Assembly: GCA_964632315.1 (NCBI GenBank) | Contig: CAZWEM010000002.1 | Coordinates: forward strand, 32,001-96,000 | Reading direction: 5' to 3' | Source: an uncultured archaeon | GTDB lineage: Archaea; Asgardarchaeota; Lokiarchaeia; Sigyniarchaeales; SOKP01 | Length of the DNA: 64,000 nucleotides | In this document: positions 29,702 to 39,561 of the stretch, piece after piece | Position numbering within the stretch: position 1 is the first letter of the stretch | Layout of the letters: each line of letters opens with the position of its first letter | The notes under the pieces: model-generated | What the model was told of the DNA's origin: nothing | What the model saw: only the letters and a program-made list of their open reading frames with translations | Databases searched by the model: none | Made by a program: the position numbers and the translations under genes

Positions 29702-30514
29702 TTGAAGAACATCGAAAAAAAATTCATTGATACTCCAAAGATAAGTATTATAATAATAACATTAAATGAAGTAAATACATTAGAAAAATGCTTAAATTCC
29801 TTGAGACAAGCCGCAAAATTTCCAACAAAAAAAAGAAGCATTCCCATTGAAATTATTGTTAGTGATGGAGGATCAACCGATGGAACAATAAAAGTCGCTG
29901 AAAAATTTGCTGATACAATAATTAGAACTTCGCCTAGTCGTTACCTTCAGTGCAATATGGGAGCAAAAATAGCGCGATCCGATAATCTTTTATTTTTGCA
30001 TTCTGATACACTTCTCCCACCAAATTCCTTACTTCGAGTCGTACACTTTCTTAATAATCCAACCTTTATTGGAGGGTCATTTTCAAAAAAATGGGTTTGG
30101 TCGCAAAATTTTAGCCCTTCCAGTTTCATAAAGTTTGCTGTTTTTATCTTTCAAGGTATTGGAAACTTGCTCTCCAGAACTTTTCTGGCATACCCAGCGG
30201 ATAATGGTATATTCATGCGAAAAAAGATCTTTAATAAGTTAAATGGATTTAGTCAAATGTGGATTTGTGAAGGTTTTGATCTTAGTCTTCGAATGAAAAA
30301 ATTTGCACGAAATTTAAGCGTAACGGATAGAAGATTTCACCGTTATAAAAACGGTATTGCCCGTATTTATATTAACCATGTAAGCACTTCAACTCGCCGT
30401 TTCGAGAAATCTGGTTTTTTTCCAACATTATTCAAGTGGATATTCATTCTTTTTCTATGGGGTTTAGGAATGCCCCAAGAAAAATCGAGGCTATTATTTA
30501 AAAAATGGAATTAA
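29702..30514 (+). CDS. TIGR04283-like GT2 glycosyltransferase
   Basis: ISIII..LNE, VSDGGSTDGT, QCNMGA, LFLHSDT, STRRF. Confidence 0.85.
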   Translation: MKNIEKKFIDTPKISIIIITLNEVNTLEKCLNSLRQAAKFPTKKRSIPIEIIVSDGGSTDGTIKVAEKFADTIIRTSPSRYLQCNMGAKIARSDNLLFLHSDTLLPPNSLLRVVHFLNNPTFIGGSFSKKWVWSQNFSPSSFIKFAVFIFQGIGNLLSRTFLAYPADNGIFMRKKIFNKLNGFSQMWICEGFDLSLRMKKFARNLSVTDRRFHRYKNGIARIYINHVSTSTRRFEKSGFFPTLFKWIFILFLWGLGMPQEKSRLLFKKWN

Positions 30515-30624
30515 ATCATTACTGCATACATGAGGTTAGACATTAATAGAATTTAATACATAAAATTAAATATCAAAGAGATAAAAGATTTCAATAATTC
30601 AATAAAATTAGAAGTGATAAATGC

Positions 30625-31428
30625 ATGAGTAGTGAGAATAAGGAACAAACAAACTTGGAAGAATCAAAACAAAAGGAACGTACTCGCAATCGATTGGTGG
30701 GACCTGGTCTTGGATTAGTTGCCTTAGGGATAATCTATTTTATATGGTATATCATGCCTTTTTCAATATCGTTTTTAGAAGGAAAACCGCTATATATCCA
30801 TAATTGGGGGTATAGCATTTGTTATCTTACCATAGGGCTAGCGTGGTATCATAAAAGTATAGTAGCGCGTGTAATTGCATTGATACAAGCATCATATCTA
30901 CCTATTTTAGCTTCTGGCTCTGTTGATCCCTTTATCATGGTTTTAATTATATTTATAACTTTAGCAGTTTTTGGAGTTGTGGTCATTATTGAAAGGAGTA
31001 GAGAGAACTTTTACTTCAAAGAGCGACTACAAAAAAGAACGTGGGAATGGCTTAATTTGCATTTACTTGTGGTATCTTGGTTTTTAATTATACATGTAGG
31101 ATTCTTATTTTTAGTCGTACGAACGCCAACTGAGATTTCTCTTTTAGAAGTTGGATATCCCGTTGGGTGGTTGATCTATTATCCACCAGAAATCATCGAA
31201 ATTTCAACGTGGATGTTCGATATAACGATGATCACTTGGGGAATAGTCGCTTTTTACGAACGATTTAAGATGGGATATAATTTTCAGAATAAACCATGGC
31301 CAAGATGGAGTTTTTGGGTAATAGTCATAGCTATGATTCTTGGTATAGTTGGTTTAATAATACAAGCTCTAACTTATGGATTTCAAGTTAATAATATTTT
31401 AGATTTGCTAAATAATGCTTCTAGTTAA
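30625..31428 (+). CDS. Polytopic membrane protein of unknown function
   Basis: About 7 hydrophobic segments. Confidence 0.8.
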   Translation: MSSENKEQTNLEESKQKERTRNRLVGPGLGLVALGIIYFIWYIMPFSISFLEGKPLYIHNWGYSICYLTIGLAWYHKSIVARVIALIQASYLPILASGSVDPFIMVLIIFITLAVFGVVVIIERSRENFYFKERLQKRTWEWLNLHLLVVSWFLIIHVGFLFLVVRTPTEISLLEVGYPVGWLIYYPPEIIEISTWMFDITMITWGIVAFYERFKMGYNFQNKPWPRWSFWVIVIAMILGIVGLIIQALTYGFQVNNILDLLNNASS

Positions 31429-31460
31429 ATATTTAAGCGAATTTTGAATTAAAAAAGAAA

Positions 31461-31485
31461 TTTCTTCAAGTTTCCCTTGAAGAAA
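31461..31485. other. Perfect 10-bp inverted repeat (terminator hairpin or operator)
   Basis: TTTCTTCAAG-tttcc-CTTGAAGAAA in an intergenic region, followed by T-tracts. Confidence 0.45.
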
Positions 31486-31573
31486 AAAGCATAATATTAA
31501 ATTGCCTTTCTTTTTTTCTTTTTAAAAAATTTAGATTCCCTTTTTATAGTTCTAATAACTTTATTTCTCAAAG

Positions 31574-32302
31574 ATGGATATAGAAAAAATCTGGAATGAA
31601 GGGGATTGGACTAAGATGGCACGTGATATGACACGTGCTATTCAAAATTTCCCAAAAGATTCGAAAGTCATCTTGATAGTAAGACATTCCCATAGAAATG
31701 AACCAACTGGTTCAGAAAAGTTATACAAGCTTAAATTAACTCCATTAGGTCATGAAATTGCTAAGAGGTTTGGTGAAGAATTACCTAAAAACAGACCCAT
31801 TCAACTATATCATAGCGTAGTATGGCGATGTCAGGAAACAGCAGAAGATTTCTTAGAAGGTTTTCAGAAAAAATCAGGTAAAGGAGCGATTAAAGGGAGT
31901 TTGAAAGTATTATATGATATAGGTGCTTCACCAAACTTTTTCGATGATTTGTTTAAAGAAAAAGAACCCTTTGATCCAACGCGGTTCTTACATTTATGGG
32001 CAGTAGGATATTTTTCCCCGGATGAAATCATGCCATTTCAAGAATATTCAAAAAAAGCTGCTGAAATTATATGGAATAAACTAAATGAGGGTCCTAAAAA
32101 TGCAGTGGATATCCATATTTCTCATGATCTTTTTATAATTGCCTTGAGATATGGATGGTTTGGATTGCCACCCCCTGTTGAGTGGATCCCATTTTTAGGA
32201 GGATTCGCCTTTACAATTAAAGATAGGATGCTTCGTGTTTTCGATAACAATCAGTTTTTCGAAATGAAAGCTCCGTACTGGTGGAAAAATTTAGAAAAGT
32301 AA
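31574..32302 (+). CDS. Histidine phosphatase superfamily protein
   Basis: IVRHS, LTPLG, RCQETA, ISHD. Confidence 0.88.
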   Translation: MDIEKIWNEGDWTKMARDMTRAIQNFPKDSKVILIVRHSHRNEPTGSEKLYKLKLTPLGHEIAKRFGEELPKNRPIQLYHSVVWRCQETAEDFLEGFQKKSGKGAIKGSLKVLYDIGASPNFFDDLFKEKEPFDPTRFLHLWAVGYFSPDEIMPFQEYSKKAAEIIWNKLNEGPKNAVDIHISHDLFIIALRYGWFGLPPPVEWIPFLGGFAFTIKDRMLRVFDNNQFFEMKAPYWWKNLEK

Positions 32303-32420
32303 TAGTTTAAACATTTTCTTTATATTTATGAAAAATTATCTTGATCTCATTAAAACTTCTTAAAGCCAAAAAGATAATAAAAAGAAATTAACTAAATTAA
32401 ATTATTTTTTAAAAAAAGTC

Positions 32421-33341
32421 TTAGAACTCGTAGCCACATTTCTTACAAACGTGCTTTTTGGCATACATCGGAATGTGACCAACATAAGAGAGCACTTTAG
32501 ACTTATCTTCAGTTTGTTTAATGTCATGTCCAACAGCGCCACACATGGGACAGGTCACTCTCTCGTCGGCAGCAAAACCTCCCGCTCCAATTTCAGGAGG
32601 CTTTAATTCACTCAACTCTGTTTCAGTTTCTTCAATTCGTGCAGTCTGAGCTTCAATAAGTTTTTCTTTATCACCAATTTCCCCAGATAATTCGCCTATT
32701 TGTGCCTCTTTTTGGGTTAATTGGTTATTTAACTCCTCTAATTTATTCTTGAGTTCTTGATTTTCTGCTTGGGATGCATCTAACTTACTATTAACATCTT
32801 GAAGTTGTAAATTAAGCTGATTAAGCATGTCTTGGCTCTCTTCATTAGAGCCTTGAACATCTCCGAGCTTTTGTTTCAATGAATCTATCTCAGAATTCAG
32901 ATTACCAACCATTTCTTTCGAGGCAGATAATTCTCCTTCCTTATGTTGTAATTTTGATTCCAATTCAGTTGTTTTATTGTTGGCAGATTCTAATTTACTT
33001 GTTAATTCATCCACTTGCGAGCTAAGGCTGTTTATTGTTTGTTCTGCTTTTTCAATCGCAGAACCACTGGCTGATTTAAGTTGCTCTAATTCTTTTACTT
33101 TTACTTTTGTATTCTCCACTTCTTGTTTTGACGAATTAAGCTGATTTGTAGTAGTCATTAATTCCTGACTTGTTTTTTTAAGGTTATCTTGGACTTGGGT
33201 CAGTTCCTTCTTGTTTTCACTTAATTGTTGCTCTAAATCATTCACTTTGGCCCTTAAGTCAAGAAGAAACCTTCCTTCAACCTTTTGGCTCTTTTCCGGT
33301 TTACTTTCAGCTAACGCCCAGTCTATACTAATTTTACTCAC
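32421..33341 (-). CDS. Long coiled-coil protein with C-terminal zinc ribbon
   Basis: About 220 aa of heptads followed by CPMCG...CKKCGYEF. Confidence 0.85.
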   Translation of the reverse strand: MSKISIDWALAESKPEKSQKVEGRFLLDLRAKVNDLEQQLSENKKELTQVQDNLKKTSQELMTTTNQLNSSKQEVENTKVKVKELEQLKSASGSAIEKAEQTINSLSSQVDELTSKLESANNKTTELESKLQHKEGELSASKEMVGNLNSEIDSLKQKLGDVQGSNEESQDMLNQLNLQLQDVNSKLDASQAENQELKNKLEELNNQLTQKEAQIGELSGEIGDKEKLIEAQTARIEETETELSELKPPEIGAGGFAADERVTCPMCGAVGHDIKQTEDKSKVLSYVGHIPMYAKKHVCKKCGYEF

Positions 33342-33650
33342 TCTCGTACTAGTATAATTGTATATTTTAATAATTATTATTAAGAATTCTATAAGAGAAT
33401 TAATATTTAATTTTAATGAATTAAAAATAAGCCTTAAATTTTCTCAACGTAAAGAAAAAAAATGATGGAATTTTAAGATCTTGCACGTATTTATTGATGA
33501 TCAATTAGCATGAATTGCTCATCTACAGAGAAATAAGATAATTATAGGACGTATTGTAAATTATAATAATTTATATAATCCGTAGGTTTACTATTATTTA
33601 TCTTTTTGAATAAGTTTTTTATTATGAAATAGAAAAAATAAGTGAGCAGT

Positions 33651-33935
33651 ATGGAAAATAAAGAAATTGGCAGGATTTTGATCATTTTAGGCGGTGTTAT
33701 CGGCTTAATCGAAGCTATCATTGGTTTTTTCGGATGGGGATGGTTTGGGTGGATCGGCTCAATTATAGGATTAATTGTCTCAGTATTGATATTATTATCT
33801 GTTTTTAGACCAGGAAATCCGATTCCATATACTCCTATTATTGAATTAATATTAACTATATTGTTATTGATATTTGGCTCTTGGATAGGCGGTATTATAG
33901 GCATTATTGGCGCAATATTACTTCTCATAGATTAA
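33651..33935 (+). CDS. Small Gly/Ile-rich membrane protein
   Basis: 3-4 hydrophobic helices with GxxxG patterns; T-tract downstream. Confidence 0.75.
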   Translation: MENKEIGRILIILGGVIGLIEAIIGFFGWGWFGWIGSIIGLIVSVLILLSVFRPGNPIPYTPIIELILTILLLIFGSWIGGIIGIIGAILLLID

Positions 33936-34134
33936 ATCCTAACTCTTTATTTTTTTTTTTTAATTTCACCTTATTGTAAATATCTTAGAAAAACGACTAT
34001 TAGTCAAAAAATCATGGTGAAATTCAATAATGTGGATTAAAGGAAAAAATCAAAAAGTGTATTAAATTTTTATTTGAGGGTGATAAATATATATTAATTA
34101 AGCAAAAAGGAAGTGGAATGGAATCGAAAAAGAC

Positions 34135-34965
34135 TTGAGAGGAGTAAAAAACTCGTTTATATCTACTTCAGGCGTATTGAAGACACCATTCTCCATAATA
34201 GTGTTGTTCGAGTTTCTTGTGGGAGTGTTTATAGTAATCTTAACACATTCGTGGTATGTAAACAACTTATATTATTATTTCACGGGAAAAGTGATCTTTC
34301 CTCTTCCAATACATGATGCATTATGGGTTAGAATCGTGTTAATCCTTCTAATACCCTTAAACGTTTATGCTACGTTATTTCTCTTTTCATTTACCATAAT
34401 TGCCTTTTCAGTAATAATTTTCAAAATCCTAAATATGATATGCCCTCCAAGGGAAGGGAGATTCAAAAAGGGGAGTAAAGAATGGAAGTACATGAACAAG
34501 CGATTTTGGACGGCCTATTTTCCAATATGGTTGGCAAGAGCCCTTCCGATACCATGGGTAGATATTGTTGCATATCGTTTATTTGGTGTTCGTATTGGAA
34601 AAAATGTGGTTTTATATGAGGGATATGTAGATCCATTTTTCGTGGAGATAGGAGATTTTACGATGACTTCCTTAAACATTTGTATTTTTTCTCACTTAAT
34701 TTACCACGATGAAGTCATAATTCGAAAGGTTCACATTGGGGAGGCTTGTGTCGTAGGGCCCCATACAATTGTATCTCCAGGGACAATCATGGAAGATAGA
34801 GCAATATTGGGAGCTAACAGTTATACAGACTTTGACCAGAAATTAGAGAGTGATCTCATCCACGTTGGAAATCCCGTTAATATCAAATTACCACTCCAAT
34901 CAGTGGAGGATTCTCAAAAAAAGGTGAAAAGAGTAAAGACAGAAAAAACAGAGGGGGAGGATTAA
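34135..34965 (+). CDS. Membrane-anchored hexapeptide-repeat (left-handed beta-helix) acyltransferase-like protein 1
   Basis: TM helices, PREG, RLFGVRIGKNV, IGEACVVG...VSPGT. Confidence 0.8.
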   Translation: MRGVKNSFISTSGVLKTPFSIIVLFEFLVGVFIVILTHSWYVNNLYYYFTGKVIFPLPIHDALWVRIVLILLIPLNVYATLFLFSFTIIAFSVIIFKILNMICPPREGRFKKGSKEWKYMNKRFWTAYFPIWLARALPIPWVDIVAYRLFGVRIGKNVVLYEGYVDPFFVEIGDFTMTSLNICIFSHLIYHDEVIIRKVHIGEACVVGPHTIVSPGTIMEDRAILGANSYTDFDQKLESDLIHVGNPVNIKLPLQSVEDSQKKVKRVKTEKTEGED

Positions 34966-35703
34966 ATGTTCCAACCCGCAAGTTTGAAAGGAGTATCACC
35001 AGTCCCAGTTGATGAGAGGATTAGAAGAGCCATTCTACCCTTGTATTATCTCATCATTATAATAAGCTTTTTTCCCATTTCGATCCTCGAATACTATTAC
35101 ATTTTGGCATTTTGGCAAGATTCATACTACTTCATTTTTTTGTTACTCTTTCCATTTAATTTAGTAATAATCATCCATCTCCTTCAGTTGAGTGCATTAA
35201 TAATTGCGGGTTTAATTTTAAAAATCACTAATTTGATACATGCTCCAAAAGAAGGTATTTTCAACCGAAATGTAAAAGATAGAGACTATCTTTTCTGGAA
35301 CATTCGAAACATCATAAAAAAGTGGCCTTTATACTTAACTTCTTCAAATCCCTTTCCTTGGTGGAAAAACAGGTTTTCTTTACGATTCTTTGGGGTGAAG
35401 ATTGGGAAACATAGTATCGTAGACAATTCGTGGTTATCATCAGAGTTTCTAAAAGTCGGAAAAAATGTGATCTTAGGGATGAACAGCACCCTAATTACCT
35501 TTGGAATCGAGCAAGATAAATTTTTTATCAGGAAAATCCTCATTGAAGACGAGGTTTTGATCGGAGCAAAATGTTCAATTCTTCCTGGAACCCACATAAA
35601 GAGAGGGGCAAAACTTGCTGCTCACTCATATACTAATTATGATGAAATTCTTGAAGAGCAACAATTATATGGGGGACATCCAGCAAAATTAATAATAGAT
35701 TAA
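34966..35703 (+). CDS. Membrane-anchored hexapeptide-repeat acyltransferase-like protein 2
   Basis: TM helices, PKEG, RFFGVKIGK, IGAKCSILPGT, GGHPAK; abuts paralog 1. Confidence 0.8.
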   Translation: MFQPASLKGVSPVPVDERIRRAILPLYYLIIIISFFPISILEYYYILAFWQDSYYFIFLLLFPFNLVIIIHLLQLSALIIAGLILKITNLIHAPKEGIFNRNVKDRDYLFWNIRNIIKKWPLYLTSSNPFPWWKNRFSLRFFGVKIGKHSIVDNSWLSSEFLKVGKNVILGMNSTLITFGIEQDKFFIRKILIEDEVLIGAKCSILPGTHIKRGAKLAAHSYTNYDEILEEQQLYGGHPAKLIID

Positions 35704-35792
35704 AAATCAATTAAAGAAACGCGGAAAATAAGTATCATCGATAATTATATCAAGATAGTAAGCTATAAAATTGTATTACAAGAGATAATATA

Positions 35793-37028
35793 ATGGAATA
35801 TGCAACGATTCTCCCACAATATAATGTTATTCTTATTCGTTATGCTGAAATCTGGTTGAAATCTCAAAAGGTTAAGGTTAGGATGTTAAAAACTATGATG
35901 AACAACATTAAAATTGCTCTAGAACGTGAAGAAGTACCATTCCACAAATATCAAATGAGCAAAGACTCATCCCGAGTATTTTTCTTTTTTAACAATGAAG
36001 ATATGTTTAATGCAATAAATGTCATTTTAAGAGTGTTTGGTATCCATTCTATTAGTCCAGTATTACGGACCTCAAATAAAGCAAAAAATATAATAGAGAG
36101 ATCTATTGAAGTAGCTAAGAAAATCATGAATCCGAACGATAGTTTTGCGGTACGAGTAAAGCGTTCAGGAGACCATGATTTCACTTCTATAGAGCTTGCT
36201 AGTTTGGTTGGGAAGGAGATAAATGACAAATTAAGCTATTTAAATTTGAGTGTTAATCTAACTAATCCAGACAAAATAATTTATATAGAAGTACGAGATG
36301 ATTTTAGTTATATCTTCACGGATATTATTACATCACCTTGGGGAGGATTACCAATAGAATCGAGGAAGAAATTATTTATTCTTGATATTGGGAGATTGAA
36401 TGATTTGACTGCAGGTTTTTTAATCATGAGAAGAGGATCAGAAATCCATCCGATCTTATTTAAAATGAGAGATGACACAAAATATATTAAAAAATGGATC
36501 GAGAATTGGAGGCTTGCTGGACTTTATTCTCCTTATAAGAACTTTACAATAAATATTATTGATCTACATGCAATCATAACTGAGGTAATTCCCTTATTAA
36601 AAAACAAATCTTTAATTTGTTCATTATGCCGGATACTACGGTTTGCTACCATAGACAAGTTAAAAGATAATTTAGAAATTCCAGTTTTTCAAAAAACTCG
36701 AGCAATAGTTGATGGAGTTAGTTTTAATGACATGAATGATTGTTACGATGAGATAGATTTGAATTCCTTGGAATTAAATTATCAGTTTTCAGGATTTCCA
36801 ATTTTTACTCCTTTAATCGGGTTTAACCAGCAAGAGATAAAGGAATTAAATGAAAAGATATCAAAAGAGTTAATAAGATTGAATTATTGCGAATTAAAAC
36901 CACAAAATCAAATATTCCAAGCAGAAGAGGTCATAGAAACATTCAAGCGTCTTGATTTGGAATCATTAGTAAACAAAGCATTGAAGGAAATGAAAAAAAT
37001 AACAATTTCATTGTTAAGTGGAGAATGA
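35793..37028 (+). CDS. ThiI-like THUMP-domain protein with degenerate PP-loop
   Basis: IRYAEIWLKS, VFGIHSIS, THUMP (FAVRVKRSG.H.FTS...VNLTNPD..IYIEVR), GGLP. SGGIDS is replaced by IGRLND; CSLCR is retained. Confidence 0.85.
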   Translation: MEYATILPQYNVILIRYAEIWLKSQKVKVRMLKTMMNNIKIALEREEVPFHKYQMSKDSSRVFFFFNNEDMFNAINVILRVFGIHSISPVLRTSNKAKNIIERSIEVAKKIMNPNDSFAVRVKRSGDHDFTSIELASLVGKEINDKLSYLNLSVNLTNPDKIIYIEVRDDFSYIFTDIITSPWGGLPIESRKKLFILDIGRLNDLTAGFLIMRRGSEIHPILFKMRDDTKYIKKWIENWRLAGLYSPYKNFTINIIDLHAIITEVIPLLKNKSLICSLCRILRFATIDKLKDNLEIPVFQKTRAIVDGVSFNDMNDCYDEIDLNSLELNYQFSGFPIFTPLIGFNQQEIKELNEKISKELIRLNYCELKPQNQIFQAEEVIETFKRLDLESLVNKALKEMKKITISLLSGE

Positions 37029-37108
37029 TATAATCCTATAAATTAAAAAAAATAAATTTAATTAAGAGAGCATATTTTGAGATTTAAAGAGCATAATATT
37101 GAGATAAA

Positions 37109-37390
37109 ATGGTCAAGATCGAATTAAATCTGTTTAACCTTTTTGCTCTCAGAACTAAAAAAGATAAATTGGAATATGAAGGAAATACCGTAGGGGACAT
37201 CATAAAGCAATTTATCACTGATTATAAAGAAGATCTAGGAGAAGGAGTATTAACTAAAAATAAAAAAAAATTAAATCCTCAAATGTTAGTTTTGTTGAAT
37301 GGTAGGAACGTTACATACTTGGAAAATTATAAAACTAAATTGAAAGCGGGGGATAAGCTCTACCTATCTTTTCCAATAGCTGGTGGCTGA
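37109..37390 (+). CDS. MoaD/ThiS/SAMP/Urm1-like ubiquitin-like protein
   Basis: VLLNGRNV, LKAGD, C-terminal PIAGG. Confidence 0.93.
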   Translation: MVKIELNLFNLFALRTKKDKLEYEGNTVGDIIKQFITDYKEDLGEGVLTKNKKKLNPQMLVLLNGRNVTYLENYKTKLKAGDKLYLSFPIAGG

Positions 37391-37515
37391 TTATTCACTA
37401 TTAATTTATATAGATCTGCACTCTTAAAACTCGAAAAGTAAGAATTTATTAGTCTTAACTTCAATATTAAATTTATAGAGTCTTTTTCCTATATGTTAAA
37501 TTAAATTGATGGTGA

Positions 37516-38457
37516 ATTACGTTTACGAAAAAAGTAGCATTTCTGGGTCTTGATAATGCAGGAAAGACGTCAATTATAACAGTAATTACAAAAAGATTCG
37601 GATTTGAAGAGGAGGTTTTGAATCTACTCCCAACTAGGAAAATAGCCAGAGATGCATTTAAATTCTTAGGGATAGAATTTATTAGGATGGATTTTGGTGG
37701 CCAATCACAGTATAGAGAAGAATACTTAAAGAATCCGACAAAATACATCTCAGGTACTGATCTAATTTTCTATGTTATAGACGTTCAAGATTTTGATAGG
37801 TATGTTGAAACCATAGATTATTTAGATAAAATACTTATATATCTTAAAGAAGAGCAAGAATATCCCCCATTAGCAATTTTATTACATAAATTTGACCCTC
37901 AACTTGTAAAAGACAAGGAAATAAATAGCAGGGCATTAACGATAAAGCAAGCTTTGACCAGGTATAGTAATGACTTTGATATTTTTTTCTTTGAAACGTC
38001 TATTTATGATGTTAAATCAGTAATGGACACTTTTTCAAGCGGATTATCATTATTATTTGATAAAATAGAAATTGTTTCTCAATTATTAGCAGAAATAAGT
38101 AAAAACTACGATACCCTCCTTATTGCATTATTTGATTCAATGGGTATTACGATCGGAGAATATTATCGACCTCACATGCAATTAAAAGAAAAAATGCGCA
38201 TATATGATAAGTATTTAGATGTACAGAAAAGAATTATGGCAGAAAATAAAAAGTTATATGAATTCTCTGATAAATTCGATAATGGAGAGCGATATTCTGG
38301 ACTTATTGAAGTTTTATCATATGGAGAATTGGAATTTTACTTACTTTTTGTCATTGAAGAAGATCCAGAAAACTTGGGACAAACTGTAGAAATTCTGAAT
38401 AAGATTGAATCTGCTAGACCTCAGATGGAAAACATCATTTTCCAGATAATTCAATGA
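37516..38457 (+). CDS. Rag/Gtr-like small GTPase with probable C-terminal roadblock-like domain (non-canonical start)
   Basis: The frame is open upstream of the ORF-track start and reads ITFTKKVAFLGLDNAGKTS (G1), then PT, DFGGQ, HKFD, TSIYD. C-terminal LIALFDSMGITIG. Confidence 0.85.
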   Translation: MTFTKKVAFLGLDNAGKTSIITVITKRFGFEEEVLNLLPTRKIARDAFKFLGIEFIRMDFGGQSQYREEYLKNPTKYISGTDLIFYVIDVQDFDRYVETIDYLDKILIYLKEEQEYPPLAILLHKFDPQLVKDKEINSRALTIKQALTRYSNDFDIFFFETSIYDVKSVMDTFSSGLSLLFDKIEIVSQLLAEISKNYDTLLIALFDSMGITIGEYYRPHMQLKEKMRIYDKYLDVQKRIMAENKKLYEFSDKFDNGERYSGLIEVLSYGELEFYLLFVIEEDPENLGQTVEILNKIESARPQMENIIFQIIQ

Positions 38458-39518
38458 TCTTTTTCGTGTGATCTTATAAATTCACCTAATTTTTGTTTAT
38501 TAGGTGCTTCTTGACGAGTTATTTTATATAAGGAGGAAAATGTCGCATATTTCATGCAGTCTAAACTCGTCTTCTTTAATACTTGAACATTTTCTGGAAG
38601 AAATAAACGATCAAATTCTTCTTTGTTACCTATTAAATGGTACAATTGTGATAAAAATCCAGCAGCAAAAGCATCCCCGGCTCCGGTTAAATCTACAATA
38701 TGATCAATTTCAATAACTGAAAATTCTAAATGTATCTCATTCGTCAATAAATGAGATCCTCTCTTTCCTTCAGTATAGATCCGTATTTGGGCATATTTCT
38801 TCAATAAAGCATCAGCTTGTTCAACTTTTAACGCCTTTCCTAATATTTTAATAGCATCATCAAAATTGATGAATAAAATATCTTTCTTCTCTTGAATTAA
38901 TTCATCTAAAGTCGTCAAGGTTTGAATAGCTTGAAATTCAACTGTAACTACAGTAATTAGATCCTTCCTTGATCCAATTGTGAATAAATTAGAATATTTT
39001 TCAGAAAAAGGAGTTGAAAATAGTATTTTTGCATTATCAAATATACTTTCATTAATTTCAATTTGGTTGAAATTCATTTTTTGTTTCAAATTTGGTGCAA
39101 TGTATATTTTTGTTGTAATTTGAGACTTAATTATCGTGCTTACAGGAGTTAGTTCATCAATCTGGTATATATTCTCAGTAATTATGCTTAATTTGTTTAA
39201 CTCTTCGATCATCCAATTACTTCTTCGACCAATGACAGAGATTAGCCTCGTGGGAATGCCTAATGCAGAAATAATTTCTGCAGTGTTATTTCCATTTCCA
39301 CCTCTCTTTAAATAGCTAGAACCTTCTATTTTCTTAGAAATGTTTTCAATACCATTTGTAATTACTTTTTTTATGACTTTTGAATTTAGATCATCGGGAT
39401 TATATTTGATAAAATTAGCTAAATCAGATGTTAATTTTTCGATAATAATTTGATAAAAATTACTCTCATAGTATAGATCTTGATGTAATTCTCCAATAAT
39501 CACAATCTCTTTTCTCAT
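38451..39518 (-). CDS. PfkB/ribokinase-family carbohydrate kinase
   Basis: GGNGNNTA and VDLTGAGDAFAAGF. The real start is ATG 39518; the longer ORF overlaps the tRNA. Confidence 0.9.
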   Translation of the reverse strand: MRKEIVIIGELHQDLYYESNFYQIIIEKLTSDLANFIKYNPDDLNSKVIKKVITNGIENISKKIEGSSYLKRGGNGNNTAEIISALGIPTRLISVIGRRSNWMIEELNKLSIITENIYQIDELTPVSTIIKSQITTKIYIAPNLKQKMNFNQIEINESIFDNAKILFSTPFSEKYSNLFTIGSRKDLITVVTVEFQAIQTLTTLDELIQEKKDILFINFDDAIKILGKALKVEQADALLKKYAQIRIYTEGKRGSHLLTNEIHLEFSVIEIDHIVDLTGAGDAFAAGFLSQLYHLIGNKEEFDRLFLPENVQVLKKTSLDCMKYATFSSLYKITRQEAPNKQKLGEFIRSHEKDH

Positions 39519-39561
39519 ACTAAAGTCATTCAAAGCTTTTTGATAATGATTAGCTAAATAA

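Noticed and set aside
37066-37105. Imperfect tandem repeat AGAGCATA(T/A)...TTGAGAT before the Ubl gene
   Set aside because: Only two short imperfect copies; not CRISPR-like and no supportable function.
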